Source: Wenzhouxiangellaceae bacterium
GTDB lineage: Bacteria; Pseudomonadota; Gammaproteobacteria; Xanthomonadales; Wenzhouxiangellaceae
DNA: 64,000 bases
Direction: 5' to 3'
Assembly: GCA_965227925.1 (NCBI GenBank)
Contig: CBDDGP010000003.1
Span: 869,472 to 933,471, forward strand
The translations under genes were made by a program, and so were the position numbers. This document shows positions 27,332-37,468 of this stretch, one piece after another. The notes under the pieces were generated by a model, which saw nothing but the letters and a program-made list of their open reading frames with translations, was not told the DNA's origin and did not search any database. Numbering within the stretch: the stretch's first letter is position 1; the number at the start of each line of letters is the position of its first letter.

Positions 27332-29067
27332 CCCGCCTGAGCCTCGACCACCCGCCCCTGCTCGACCCGCAGGACGCGATCGGCGCGGTCGATCAATCCG
27401 GCACGGTGGCTGGCAGCGATGACCGTGGCGTCGCGCGCTTCGAGGAGCATCGACAGCGCATCCAGCACCCGTTGTTCGCCGTGCCGGTCCAGGTGCGCGG
27501 TCGGCTCATCGAGCAGCAGCACCGGTCGCGGTCGCAAGAGCGCTCGTGCGAGCGCCACGCGCTGCAGCTGGCCGCCCGACAAGCGCTCCGCCCGATCGCC
27601 GACCGCGCTGTCCAGTCCATCGGGCAGTCGACCCGCGAACTCCATCACGCCGGCGGACTCGGCGATCGCCTCCACCTCGTTCCGGGATGCATCGGCGCAG
27701 CCCAGCGCGATGTTGTCGTACAAGGTGCCGGGGAAGAGCGTCGGCCGCTGACCGAGCCAGGCCACGTGAGCCGACCGCTCGAGCTCGGACCACGGCGCAC
27801 AGTCCTTGCCGTCGATTTCGATCCGGCCGCTCGCGGGATGCAGAAACCCCGCCAGTAGATCGATCAGCGTGCTCTTGCCGCCCCCGCTCGGCCCGGTCAG
27901 CACGATCCGCTCGCCCCGCGCGACGTCCAGATCCAGCCCCTCGAACAGCACCGGCCGGCCAGGATGAGCGAAGGAAACGGCGCGGATCCGGACCGATGCT
28001 GCGCGGGCGGCCGTCCTCGAGCCCCTGGTCGCCGGGGACGGTCGAGCCTCCGGCCCCGGGGCGCTCGACCTGTCTGCGGGAGGGGCGACGGGCGAATCGG
28101 ACCCGATCATCCGCGCGACTTCCGCGACCGCCGCGCGCGCGTCGGCACGGTCGTGCCAGCCCTGCGACAGCGCGCGAAGCGGTGCGAAGAATTCCGGCGC
28201 CAGCAACAGCACGAACAGCCCCCCGGCCAGCGTCAGGTCGGCCGCCGGCCCGAAGTCGAGAAACCCGAGGAGCCCCATCCCGACGTAGATCGCGATCGCG
28301 GCGATGGCTACGGAGGCGAAGAACTCGAGCACCGCCGACGACAGGAACGCAAGCTGGAGAACCCTCATCGACGCCCGGCGCAGTGCGTCGGTCCGTTCGT
28401 CGACCTGATCCTGCGTGGCGCGTTCGGCATCGAAGCGCTTGAGCGTGGCAGCGCCCCGCAGTCGATCCAGGAACCAGCCGCCCAGGCGCCCGAGCGCTTC
28501 GACCTGGGCGCGCGCCCGCGACTCCGCGCCCCACCCGACCAGGACCATGAAGGCCGGAATCAGCGGCGCGCTCAGCAGCAGGAACAAACCGGCAACCCAG
28601 TCGACGGCCAGCACCGCCGCCACGAGCACGATCGGCACGATGGCTGCGGCAAACTGCTGGGGCAGGAACCGGGCGTAGAAGGCGTCGAGCTTCTCGATCT
28701 GGTCGTCGAAAGCGGCCAGCACCCGGCCCGTGGGCGGTGCCTGCGCGGGACCGGAGCGCAGCAACGACTCGAGCAGCCGCCGCCGAAGACCGATGCGAAT
28801 GCCGGCCGAGGCGTCGGCGGCCAGTGCACCGCGAACACCGATCAACGCCGCTCGGAGCAGGAGCACGGCCAGCAAGCCGCCCGCCAGCAGCCATTCCGGC
28901 GTCCGCTTCGCGACGACCACCTCGTGAACGACGGCCGCGATGGCGCCGGCCTGGCCGAGAATCAGCGCGGCCTCGGCGAGGGCCAGGCCGATCATCGACG
29001 GACGCAACCATCCGGGCGCCTGCTCGTTCAGCCAGGCGCCGGTCGGCGCGTCAGTGGTAGCCGGCAC
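27328..29067 (-). CDS. cydD: thiol reductant ABC exporter subunit CydD
   Basis: A TM domain plus an NBD (GPSGGGKST, LSGGQLQRVALAR, LLDEPTAHLD). Its start overlaps the cydB end by 17 nt. Confidence 0.88.
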   Translation of the reverse strand: MPATTDAPTGAWLNEQAPGWLRPSMIGLALAEAALILGQAGAIAAVVHEVVVAKRTPEWLLAGGLLAVLLLRAALIGVRGALAADASAGIRIGLRRRLLESLLRSGPAQAPPTGRVLAAFDDQIEKLDAFYARFLPQQFAAAIVPIVLVAAVLAVDWVAGLFLLLSAPLIPAFMVLVGWGAESRARAQVEALGRLGGWFLDRLRGAATLKRFDAERATQDQVDERTDALRRASMRVLQLAFLSSAVLEFFASVAIAAIAIYVGMGLLGFLDFGPAADLTLAGGLFVLLLAPEFFAPLRALSQGWHDRADARAAVAEVARMIGSDSPVAPPADRSSAPGPEARPSPATRGSRTAARAASVRIRAVSFAHPGRPVLFEGLDLDVARGERIVLTGPSGGGKSTLIDLLAGFLHPASGRIEIDGKDCAPWSELERSAHVAWLGQRPTLFPGTLYDNIALGCADASRNEVEAIAESAGVMEFAGRLPDGLDSAVGDRAERLSGGQLQRVALARALLRPRPVLLLDEPTAHLDRHGEQRVLDALSMLLEARDATVIAASHRAGLIDRADRVLRVEQGRVVEAQAG

Positions 29068-30055
29068 CGTCCCTGACCTTGCCGCGGAACACCCAGTAAT
29101 TGAACGCGGTGTACAGCAGGATGATCGGAATTAGGAACAGCATGCCCAGAAGCAGGAACAGCTGGCTGCCGGGCGCCGAAGCGGCATCCCAGAACGTGTA
29201 GTCCGGCGGTACGGCGTACGGCCACATCGAGATCAGCAGGCCGAGGTAGAACAGCCCGAACAGGAGCATCGATCCAACGAAGGGCACGACATCGCGCCGT
29301 TCACGGATCGCACGCCAGACCCAGAGCGACGCGGCCAGCGTGGCGACCGGGAAGATCCAGAGCCAGGCCACGCCGTCCAGCCACCGCTGCTGGACGAAAT
29401 CCTTGCTGAGCGGCGTCCACAGGCTGACCAGCAGAAAGAAGGCGAACACGGCGATCAGCAACCGCTCGCTGATCCGAAACGCCCAATCCTGGGTGTGTCC
29501 ATCGGTCTTCATCACGGTCCACGTTGCTCCGAGCAACGCATAGCCCGTCACCACGCCGAACCCGGTCATGACCGTGAACGGCGTCAGCCAGTCGAAGGCT
29601 CCACCCGCGTACTGGAAATCGACCACTTCGAAGCCCTGCAGGTAGGCCCCGACCACCGCGCCTTGGGCGAACGAGGCCACGGTCGAGCCGATGCTGAAGG
29701 AGCGATCCCACCATCGGCGGGAACGATCGCTGGACTTGAAGCGGAATTCGAACGCGATGCCGCGGAAGATCAGGCCGGCGACCAGCAGGAAGATGCCGAT
29801 GTACAACGCAGGCAGAAACACCGCATAGACCAGCGGAAAGGCCGCCAGCAGGCCCGCCCCGGCGAGAATCAGCCAGGTCTCGTTGCCGTCCCAGATCGGC
29901 GCGACCGAATTCATCATGCGGTCGCGGGAAAGATCGTCCGGCGCCAGCGGAAACAGGATGCCGACGCCGAGATCGAAACCGTCCATCAAGACGTACATGA
30001 AGATGCCGACGCCGATGATGACGACCCAGATCAGGGTCAGGTCGATGGTTTCCAC
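29051..30055 (-). CDS. cydB: cytochrome d ubiquinol oxidase subunit II
   Basis: 334 aa. METIDLTLIWVVIIGVGIFMYVLMDGFDLGVGILFP... is typical of CydB. It starts 2 nt after the cydA stop. Confidence 0.93.
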   Translation of the reverse strand: METIDLTLIWVVIIGVGIFMYVLMDGFDLGVGILFPLAPDDLSRDRMMNSVAPIWDGNETWLILAGAGLLAAFPLVYAVFLPALYIGIFLLVAGLIFRGIAFEFRFKSSDRSRRWWDRSFSIGSTVASFAQGAVVGAYLQGFEVVDFQYAGGAFDWLTPFTVMTGFGVVTGYALLGATWTVMKTDGHTQDWAFRISERLLIAVFAFFLLVSLWTPLSKDFVQQRWLDGVAWLWIFPVATLAASLWVWRAIRERRDVVPFVGSMLLFGLFYLGLLISMWPYAVPPDYTFWDAASAPGSQLFLLLGMLFLIPIILLYTAFNYWVFRGKVRDGAGYH

Positions 30056-30057
30056 GC

Positions 30058-31464
30058 TCAGGCTCCCTTCGGCACGGCGCCGGTCATGGTCAGCGGATTG
30101 GCCGACAGCGGTCGCTTGGGACGCGCCGATTCATCGTCCTCGGCCTGTTCGATCGGATCGGGCCCGGCCATCACCACGCGCCCGAGGTAGTAGAGCCCGG
30201 CGCCGAACACGACCGCATAGACCGCAACGTATCCGAGCAAGGTGGCCAGCGCCATCCCGCCGGTCAGCGAGGGCGTGATCGCCTCATCCACCCGCATCAT
30301 CCCGTAGACCACCCAGGGCTGCCGACCGATCTCGGTGGTGAACCACCCGGCCAGGACAGCCACGAACGGCAGCGGTCCGACCATGGACAGCACCCTGAGG
30401 AGGCGCGGCGACTCGAACAATCGCCCGCGCAGCAGCTGGGTCGCCGATGCCCAGGACAGCAGGATGAACAGGATCCCGAGGCCGACCATGACGCGGAAGC
30501 TCCAGAACACCGGTCCGACCGGGGGCCGATCCTCCGCCGGCACCGATTTCAGTCCCTGGACCTCGCCGTCCAGCGAATGCGTCAGGATCAGGCTGCCGAG
30601 GTTGGGGATCGCGACTTCGAAGTGGTTGTCCTCGGCGTCGGCATCCGGGATCGCGAACAGGATCAGCGGGGCCCCCCGCTGTGTTTCCCAGTGGCCCTCC
30701 ATGGCGGCAACCTTCATCGGCTGGTATTCGAAGGTGTTCAAGCCGTGCAGGTCGCCGACGAACATCTGCAGCGGCGTGGCCACGGCCAGCATCGCGACGG
30801 TCATCTTCAGGGCCATCCGACTCGATCTCGGGTTTCGGCCGCGGACCATGTACCAGGCGCTGACGGCGGCCACGACCAGGCCGCCGGTGATGAAGGACGC
30901 CAGGGCCATGTGCGCGAATCGGTAGGGAAGAGACGGATTGAAGATCGCCTCCAGCCAGGAGGTGACCTGGAATCGGCCATCGATCAGCTCCACGCCGGCC
31001 GGCGTATGGAACCAGCTATTGGTCGAAAGGATCCAGAATGAGGAGATGAACGTACCCAGCGCCACCATGCAGGCGGCCAGCAGGTGCAACCCGGGCGGCA
31101 CGCGGTCCCGACCGAACAGCAGCACCCCGAGGAAGGTCGCTTCGAGGAAGAACGCGGTGACGACCTCGTAGCTCAGCGTCGGACCGAGGAAATTCGCCGC
31201 CGCCAGCGAGAACTGCGACCAGTTGGTCCCGAACTGGAACGCCATGACGATGCCCGACACGACACCCATGCCGAACACGACGGCGAAGATCTTGATCCAG
31301 AACTGGGAGAGCTTCTCACGCACCGGGTCGGGCCGTCGGAAATTCAGCGCTTCGAGCAGCGCGATCCACGCGGCCAGGCCGATCGTGAAGACCGGGAAGA
31401 TGGCGTGAAAGGAAACCACGAACGCGAACTGGATTCGCGACAGAAGGACCGGATCGAGCTCCAT
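30058..31464 (-). CDS. cydA: cytochrome bd ubiquinol oxidase subunit I
   Basis: 468 aa. MELDPVLLSRIQFAFVVSFHAIFPVFTIGLA... is followed by a Q-loop region and ...GWFTTEIGRQPWVVYG. Confidence 0.93.
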   Translation of the reverse strand: MELDPVLLSRIQFAFVVSFHAIFPVFTIGLAAWIALLEALNFRRPDPVREKLSQFWIKIFAVVFGMGVVSGIVMAFQFGTNWSQFSLAAANFLGPTLSYEVVTAFFLEATFLGVLLFGRDRVPPGLHLLAACMVALGTFISSFWILSTNSWFHTPAGVELIDGRFQVTSWLEAIFNPSLPYRFAHMALASFITGGLVVAAVSAWYMVRGRNPRSSRMALKMTVAMLAVATPLQMFVGDLHGLNTFEYQPMKVAAMEGHWETQRGAPLILFAIPDADAEDNHFEVAIPNLGSLILTHSLDGEVQGLKSVPAEDRPPVGPVFWSFRVMVGLGILFILLSWASATQLLRGRLFESPRLLRVLSMVGPLPFVAVLAGWFTTEIGRQPWVVYGMMRVDEAITPSLTGGMALATLLGYVAVYAVVFGAGLYYLGRVVMAGPDPIEQAEDDESARPKRPLSANPLTMTGAVPKGA

Positions 31465-31490
31465 CGAAGTTCTCCGAAAGCCACTGTTAC

Positions 31491-31496
31491 ATTATA
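31491..31496 (-). promoter_or_regulatory. candidate -10 hexamer (TATAAT) upstream of cydA, inside an imperfect palindrome GTTACATTATAAC
   Basis: The minus strand reads ...CAGTTATAATGTAACAGTGGCTTTCGGAGAACTTCGATG. No clear -35 element was seen. Confidence 0.3.
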
Positions 31497-31805
31497 ACTG
31501 TTCCGACAGGTGCAGAGCGTCGGTCCGATCGCCTGCGGACGGGTCGGATCGGGCGGCCGGGAACGCTCTGCAATGCCCGCTAACAGTAGCATCCCGGCGT
31601 CGTCGCGGTGCCAATGTCGAGCGCAGGAATCGCACTTTGCCGCGCCGAACCGCGGGAGCCCGGAATCGGCTAAAATAGTCGGCTGAATCGAGCCCGGTGC
31701 GGACCGGTCCGGACCCGGCTCGGCTCGCTCATCCCTACCGGTCTCGGGGGCCGGTGTTGTCGCCGTCGATTCGCGCCGAAAGAAGTGCGAAGCCTGGAGG
31801 ATTGA

Positions 31806-32909
31806 ATGAATCTTTTCGAAACCATCCATACGACCCAGCACGAACAGGTCGTGTTCTGCCACAACAAGGATGCCGGCCTGAAAGGCATCATCGCGATCCA
31901 CAACACGACGCTCGGTCCGGCGCTCGGCGGGCTGCGGATGTGGCCCTACGCGACCGAGCAGGAAGCGCTCGACGACGTTCTGCGCCTGTCGCGCGGGATG
32001 ACCTACAAGGCCGCGGTCGCCGGCCTGAACCTCGGCGGCGGCAAGTCCGTGCTGATCGGCGATCCGCGAACCGACAAGTCCGAAGCGCTGTTCCGCGCCT
32101 TCGGGCGCTTCATCGACTCGCTCAACGGTCGCTACATCACGGCCGAGGACGTCGGCATCGACGTCAACGACATGGAGTATGTGTTCCAGGAGACCGACAA
32201 CTGCGTCGGCGTCCACCAGGTCCACGGCGGGTCAGGTGACCCGTCGCCGTTCACCGCGTTCGGCACGCTGCAGGGCATTCGTGCCAGCCTCCAGCACAAG
32301 TTCGGCAACGAGGACGTCGGCAATTTCTCCTACGCGGTCCAGGGTGTCGGCCACGTCGGCTTCGAGCTGGTCAAGCTGCTGCGCAACGAAGGCGCCAAGG
32401 TGTTCGTGACCGACATCAACGACGAAGCCGTCCAGGCCTGCGTCGACCTCGGATGCGAGGCCGTCGGGCTGGACGAGATCTACGATGTAGACGCCGATGT
32501 GTTCTGCCCCACCGCGCTGGGCGCGATCGTCAACGAACAGACCATTCCTCGATTCAAGTTCAAGATCGTCTGCGGCGCAGCCAACAACCAGCTCGCCACC
32601 GACGAATGCGGCAACGAGCTGGCCAGTCGCGGAATCCTCTACGCCCCGGACTATGCCGTCAACGCCGGTGGCCTGATGAACGTCTCGATCGAGTTCGAGG
32701 GCTACAACCGTGAGCGCGCCAAGCGCATGATGCGTACGATCTACTACAACGTGTCGAAGATCTTCCAGATCGCGGATCGCGACGGTATTCCCACCTGGAA
32801 GGCGGCCGATCGCATGGCCGAGGAACGGGTCGCGACCATCGGCAAGCTCAAGCTGCCGTTCATGGGTCGGGCGCATCGCTTCCCGGGCCGCGAGCGCGGC
32901 AACCACTGA
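31806..32909 (+). CDS. ldh: leucine dehydrogenase (Glu/Leu/Phe/Val dehydrogenase family)
   Basis: GIIAIHNTTLGPALGGLRMWPY...GMTYKAAVAGLNLGGGKSVL includes the catalytic Lys region. The size of 367 aa is typical of Leu/Val dehydrogenases. Confidence 0.88.
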   Translation: MNLFETIHTTQHEQVVFCHNKDAGLKGIIAIHNTTLGPALGGLRMWPYATEQEALDDVLRLSRGMTYKAAVAGLNLGGGKSVLIGDPRTDKSEALFRAFGRFIDSLNGRYITAEDVGIDVNDMEYVFQETDNCVGVHQVHGGSGDPSPFTAFGTLQGIRASLQHKFGNEDVGNFSYAVQGVGHVGFELVKLLRNEGAKVFVTDINDEAVQACVDLGCEAVGLDEIYDVDADVFCPTALGAIVNEQTIPRFKFKIVCGAANNQLATDECGNELASRGILYAPDYAVNAGGLMNVSIEFEGYNRERAKRMMRTIYYNVSKIFQIADRDGIPTWKAADRMAEERVATIGKLKLPFMGRAHRFPGRERGNH

Positions 32910-33035
32910 CCGGGATGCCGGTGCCGCGGCCTTCCGCGGCGCCCTCCCCGCTCGGCCTCCGCGCGATCGTGCGGACGCCCAAATTCCCGGGCCGCGCCAG
33001 GGCGTGCGGTTCGCCAGACCCGGAGACTCCGTGCC

Positions 33036-34184
33036 ATGAAGCTGTCCGAAGACCTCGAACTCCTGCGTGAATCCGTACGACGCTTCGCCGAAGACACGAT
33101 TGCGCCGCGCGCCGCCGAGATCGACGCATCCAACGAGTTCCCGCAGGATCTGTGGTCGGACCTCGGCGAAATGGGTCTGCTCGGCATCACGGTGCCCGAT
33201 TCGTTGGGCGGATCCGACATGGGCTACCTCGCCCATCTGGTTGCGATGGAGGAAATCTCGCGCGCCTCGGCCTCGGTCGGTCTGTCCTACGGCGCACACT
33301 CCAATCTCTGCCTGGACAACCTGTACCGGAACGGCAACGACGAGCAGCGCGCCCGGTTCGTGCCGAAGCTGGTCACCGGAGAGTTCAAGGGCGCGCTGGC
33401 GATGTCCGAGCCGGGCGCGGGCTCGGACGTGGTCGGTTCGATGACCTGTCGGGCCGAGAAGCGCGGCGAAGCATGGGTCGCCAACGGCTCCAAGATGTGG
33501 ATCACCAACGGCCCGGAAGCCGACGTGGTGCTGGTCTACATGCGCACCGCCGCCAAGGATGCCGGATCGCGCTGCATGACCGCCTTCCTGGTCGAGAAGG
33601 ACATGCCGGGCTTCCGCAAGGCGCAGAAGCTCGACAAGCTCGGCATGCGGGGCTCGAACACCTGCGAACTGGTATTCGAAGACTGCGAGATTCCGCCCGA
33701 GAACGTCCTCGGCGAGGTCAACGCAGGCGTGAAGATCCTGATGTCCGGCCTGAACTCGGAGCGACTGGTGCTTTCGGGCGGTCCGATCGGAATCATGCAG
33801 GCCTGCATGGACAACGTGCTGCCCTACGTGCGGGAGCGGAAGCAATTCGAACGCCGCCTCGGCGATTTCGGCCTGATGCAGGCCAAGATCGGCGACATGT
33901 ACACCGCGCTGCAGTCCTCGCGCGGCTTCGCCTACCAGCTCGGCGCGGCCTACGATGCCGGAGAGCGCTCGCGCATCGACGCCGCCAGCTGTCTGCTGCA
34001 CGCCTCGCGAAGCGCGGTCGAGGTCGCCCTGGAGGCCATCCAGGCACTCGGCGGCAACGGCTACATCAACGAGTACCCCACCGGTCGCCTGCTGCGCGAC
34101 GCCAAGCTCTACGACATCGGCGCCGGAACCAACGAAATCCGGCGCATGCTGATCGGCCGCGAACTGGTCCAGGAACGCGGCTGA
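33036..34184 (+). CDS. ivd: isovaleryl-CoA dehydrogenase
   Basis: 382 aa. ...[15 protein letters not shown]...[14 protein letters not shown]...[32 protein letters not shown] is an acyl-CoA dehydrogenase fold with IVD-type residues. Confidence 0.9.
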   Translation: MKLSEDLELLRESVRRFAEDTIAPRAAEIDASNEFPQDLWSDLGEMGLLGITVPDSLGGSDMGYLAHLVAMEEISRASASVGLSYGAHSNLCLDNLYRNGNDEQRARFVPKLVTGEFKGALAMSEPGAGSDVVGSMTCRAEKRGEAWVANGSKMWITNGPEADVVLVYMRTAAKDAGSRCMTAFLVEKDMPGFRKAQKLDKLGMRGSNTCELVFEDCEIPPENVLGEVNAGVKILMSGLNSERLVLSGGPIGIMQACMDNVLPYVRERKQFERRLGDFGLMQAKIGDMYTALQSSRGFAYQLGAAYDAGERSRIDAASCLLHASRSAVEVALEAIQALGGNGYINEYPTGRLLRDAKLYDIGAGTNEIRRMLIGRELVQERG

Positions 34185-34281
34185 AGCCGCTCGGCCGAGC
34201 CGGCAGAACACGGCCGGCACGGTCCTCGGAACGTTTCACGTTCTGGGGTACGCTACGCCCTCTTCCGTCCGGGTTGCCTGC

Positions 34282-36111
34282 ATGACCTTCGAAATTGCAT
34301 TGGTGTTCGTGATCATCGGCTGCGCGCTCTACCTGTTCGCCACGGAGAAGCTCCCGGTGGACGTGACCGCGCTGGCGATCCTGGTCACGGTCATGGCGAT
34401 CCCGGTGCTGTTCCATTCCGAATGGCTGGTGGCACGGGGCGTCGACCTCGAAGCGGCATTCCCTACCGTTTCCGAGAGCCTGTCCGGCTTGTCCAGCACG
34501 GCTACGGTCACCGTGCTGTGCATGTTCATCCTTTCCGGCGGCATCCAGCGCTCGGGCCTCGTTCACCTGCTCGGCCGCAGGCTGTTCCCGATGGTCGGAA
34601 CCTCGGAGATTCGCCAGATGATCGTGATCGGCGTGCTGGTCGGCGTAGTCTCGGGGTTCATCAACAACACCGCTGCGGTGGCGATCGCCATTCCGCTCGT
34701 GCTCGATATGGCCAAGCGGTCCAACCTGCGGGCCTCGAGGGTACTGATTCCGGTCAGCTTCTTCGGCATGCTCGGCGGCACCCTCACCCTGATCGGTACG
34801 TCGACCAACATCCTCGCCTCGGCGATCCTGGCCGAGGAGCCGGGGGTCGAGCGCCAGCTCGGCATGTTCGAGTTCACCCATGTCGGGCTGATCGTCCTGG
34901 TGACCGGGCTGATCTACTTCCTGACCCTGGGCCGCTGGCTGTTGCCCAATCGCGATGCACGTCCGGTCAACGAGCAGGACGAGGAGACCTTCGTCATCGA
35001 ACTCGGGGTCCCCAGCGGCAGCCCGCTGGTCGACAAGACCCTCGACGAGGCCAAGTTCGAGACCGCGACCGGCGTCGAGGTGATGAAGCTCACCCGCGAA
35101 GAAAAGACCTGGATCAAGCGCGCACGCTCCACAGCGATCAGCGCCGGCGATATCGTCCTGGCTCGGGCCACGATCCGCCAGATCATGGACCTGATCAAGG
35201 AAGACATGGTCGACGTGCTGTCGGACTTCGGCGACACGCGCAAGGCGCGTCCGGACGGCCAGCTGGTGCCGATCCTGCTGCGGAACCGGGGCCTGTTCAA
35301 TGGACGCACCGCCCGGGCGGTCGACTTCTGGAAGCGGTACCAGGGCCGATTGATCGGCCTGGATACGCGGTCGATCCGTTCACGCCGGATGGCCCAGGAA
35401 AAACTGCACGTCGGCGAGATCGCGTTGCTCGAGATCTCGAAGACCGCCCTGGCCCGGCTGCTCCGCAATTCGGACGTGGTCGTGCTCGACGAGTACGAGG
35501 ACGACTTCGAAACGCGCAAGATGCTGATCGCCGGGGGCATCGTCGCCGCCGTGATCCTTCTTGCGGCACTGACGCCGCTGCCGATCGTGCTGACGGCCAT
35601 CGGCGGCGTGATCGCGATGGTGGCGACCGGCACCATCGCCAAGCAGGACATGTACGACGATGTGTCCTGGGACGTGATCTTCCTGCTCGCCGGGATCATT
35701 CCGCTCGGCATCGCGATGACCAAGTCCGGCGCCGCGGGCTGGGTGAGCTCGCTGCTCGCCGGGTACGCTGCGGGCTGGGACCCGATCTACGTGGTCATGG
35801 CGCTGTATGCGGTCACGACACTGTTGACCAGCATTCTCAGCAACAACGCGTCCGTGGTCATCCTGGTACCGGTTGCGATCGCTCTCGGCGAGATGCTCCA
35901 GCTCAACCCCATTCCGCTGACCATTGCCGTGATGTTCGCGGCGTCGAACAGTTTCCTGACGCCGGTCGGCTACCAGACCAACACCATGATCTTCGGGACG
36001 GGCGTATTGCGCTTCTCCGACTTTCCCAAGGTCGGCGCCCCGCTGAATCTGATCCTGATGGTGGTGACCAGCTACGCCGTGACCTGGTTCTGGCCGCTCC
36101 AGGTGACCTGA
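34282..36111 (+). CDS. SLC13/DASS-family permease with two central TrkA-C (RCK-C) domains
   Basis: 609 aa. The N- and C-terminal multi-TM halves carry hairpin motifs (FINNTAAVAIAIPL, LSNNASVVILVP). The ~200-aa cytoplasmic insert resembles tandem TrkA-C domains. Confidence 0.8.
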   Translation: MTFEIALVFVIIGCALYLFATEKLPVDVTALAILVTVMAIPVLFHSEWLVARGVDLEAAFPTVSESLSGLSSTATVTVLCMFILSGGIQRSGLVHLLGRRLFPMVGTSEIRQMIVIGVLVGVVSGFINNTAAVAIAIPLVLDMAKRSNLRASRVLIPVSFFGMLGGTLTLIGTSTNILASAILAEEPGVERQLGMFEFTHVGLIVLVTGLIYFLTLGRWLLPNRDARPVNEQDEETFVIELGVPSGSPLVDKTLDEAKFETATGVEVMKLTREEKTWIKRARSTAISAGDIVLARATIRQIMDLIKEDMVDVLSDFGDTRKARPDGQLVPILLRNRGLFNGRTARAVDFWKRYQGRLIGLDTRSIRSRRMAQEKLHVGEIALLEISKTALARLLRNSDVVVLDEYEDDFETRKMLIAGGIVAAVILLAALTPLPIVLTAIGGVIAMVATGTIAKQDMYDDVSWDVIFLLAGIIPLGIAMTKSGAAGWVSSLLAGYAAGWDPIYVVMALYAVTTLLTSILSNNASVVILVPVAIALGEMLQLNPIPLTIAVMFAASNSFLTPVGYQTNTMIFGTGVLRFSDFPKVGAPLNLILMVVTSYAVTWFWPLQVT

Positions 36112-36200
36112 CGGGACCCGGACCGAGCGCGGTCCGGACACGGCCCGGAGTCGAACCTGCGATAATGGCGGACTGACTTTTCGCAACGGATTCTGCTCCC

Positions 36201-37370
36201 ATGACCGACTCCATCGTCATCGTGGCCGCGCGCCGCACCGCCATCGGCTCGTTCCAGGGCCAGTTCGCCCCCGTCTCCGCGCCGCAACTCGGAAGCGCCG
36301 CCATCCGCGCCGCTGTCCGTGATGCCGGCATCGCAGGCCAGGACGTGACCGAAGTACTGATGGGCTGCGTACTTCCGGCCGGCGTCGGCCAGGCTCCGGC
36401 GCGCCAGGCGGCGCTCGGCGCCGACCTCCCCATCTCGGTCGGCTGCACGACCCTGAACAAGGTCTGCGGCTCCGGCATGAAGGCGGTGATGCAGGGCCAC
36501 GACGCTCTCGTCGCCGGCTCGTCCGAGGTCGTGGTCGCCGGCGGCATGGAGTCGATGACCAATGCGCCGTACCTGGTCAAGCGCGGGCTGCGGATGGGCC
36601 ACGACCAGCTCCTCGACCACATGTTCTTCGACGGCCTGCAGAACCCCTACGACGGCAAGATGATGGGCCAGTTCGGCGAACAGTGCGCGGCGAAGTACGA
36701 TTTCACCCGCGAGCAGCAGGATGCCTTCTCGCGCGCCTCGGCCGAGCGGGCCCAGGGCGCGATCGAATCGGGTGCCTTTGAGGGTGAGATCGCGCCGGTG
36801 ACCGTACGCACGCGAAAGGGGGAGGCCGAAATTGCCACGGACGAGGAACCGGGCCGGATCGCCCTCGACAAGATCGAGAAGCTTCGCCCTGCGTTCGCCA
36901 AGGACGGCACGATCACCGCGGCCAGCTCGTCGAAGATCTCCGACGGTGCCGCGGCCCTGGTGCTGATGCGCGCGGATGAGGCCGAACGACGCGGCACCGC
37001 ACCGCTGGCGCGGATCGTCGCCCATGCCACGCATTCGCAAGAGCCCGAGTGGTTCACTACGGCACCGATCGGTGCGTTGAAGAAGGTGCTCGAAAAGGCC
37101 GGCTGGAGCGCCGGCGACGTCGACCTGTTCGAAATCAACGAAGCCTTCGCCACCGTGACCATGGCCGCCATGAAGGAATTGGACCTTCCGCCCGACAAGG
37201 TCAACGTCAACGGCGGCGCCTGCGCGCTCGGACACCCGATCGGCGCCAGCGGCGCCCGGCTCATCGTGACCCTGATCCACGCCCTGAAGGCGCGCGGCGG
37301 CAAGCGGGGCGTCGCCTCCTTGTGCATCGGCGGCGGCGAAGCCACCGCGATCGCCGTCGAGCTGCCCTGA
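36201..37370 (+). CDS. acetyl-CoA C-acetyltransferase (thiolase II)
   Basis: 389 aa. Active-site Cys is in LNKVCGSGMKAV. NVNGGACALGHPIGASGARL and CIGGGEA are also present. Confidence 0.92.
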   Translation: MTDSIVIVAARRTAIGSFQGQFAPVSAPQLGSAAIRAAVRDAGIAGQDVTEVLMGCVLPAGVGQAPARQAALGADLPISVGCTTLNKVCGSGMKAVMQGHDALVAGSSEVVVAGGMESMTNAPYLVKRGLRMGHDQLLDHMFFDGLQNPYDGKMMGQFGEQCAAKYDFTREQQDAFSRASAERAQGAIESGAFEGEIAPVTVRTRKGEAEIATDEEPGRIALDKIEKLRPAFAKDGTITAASSSKISDGAAALVLMRADEAERRGTAPLARIVAHATHSQEPEWFTTAPIGALKKVLEKAGWSAGDVDLFEINEAFATVTMAAMKELDLPPDKVNVNGGACALGHPIGASGARLIVTLIHALKARGGKRGVASLCIGGGEATAIAVELP

Positions 37371-37468
37371 ACGCGCTCGGGCGGGCACCGACCCGCCCGT
37401 CCTCGCGCGGCCTGCACGCATCCGTGCGGCCGGTGTAGGCTGGACGCGACCTGGCTGGAGAGTCCGCG

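Noticed and set aside
29051-29067. Missing cydX-type small subunit gene after cydB.
   Set aside because: cydB and cydD overlap by 17 nt, so there is no room for one here. I found no small ORF with a CydX-like hydrophobic sequence nearby. Absence from this locus is not unusual enough to report, and the gene may lie elsewhere.
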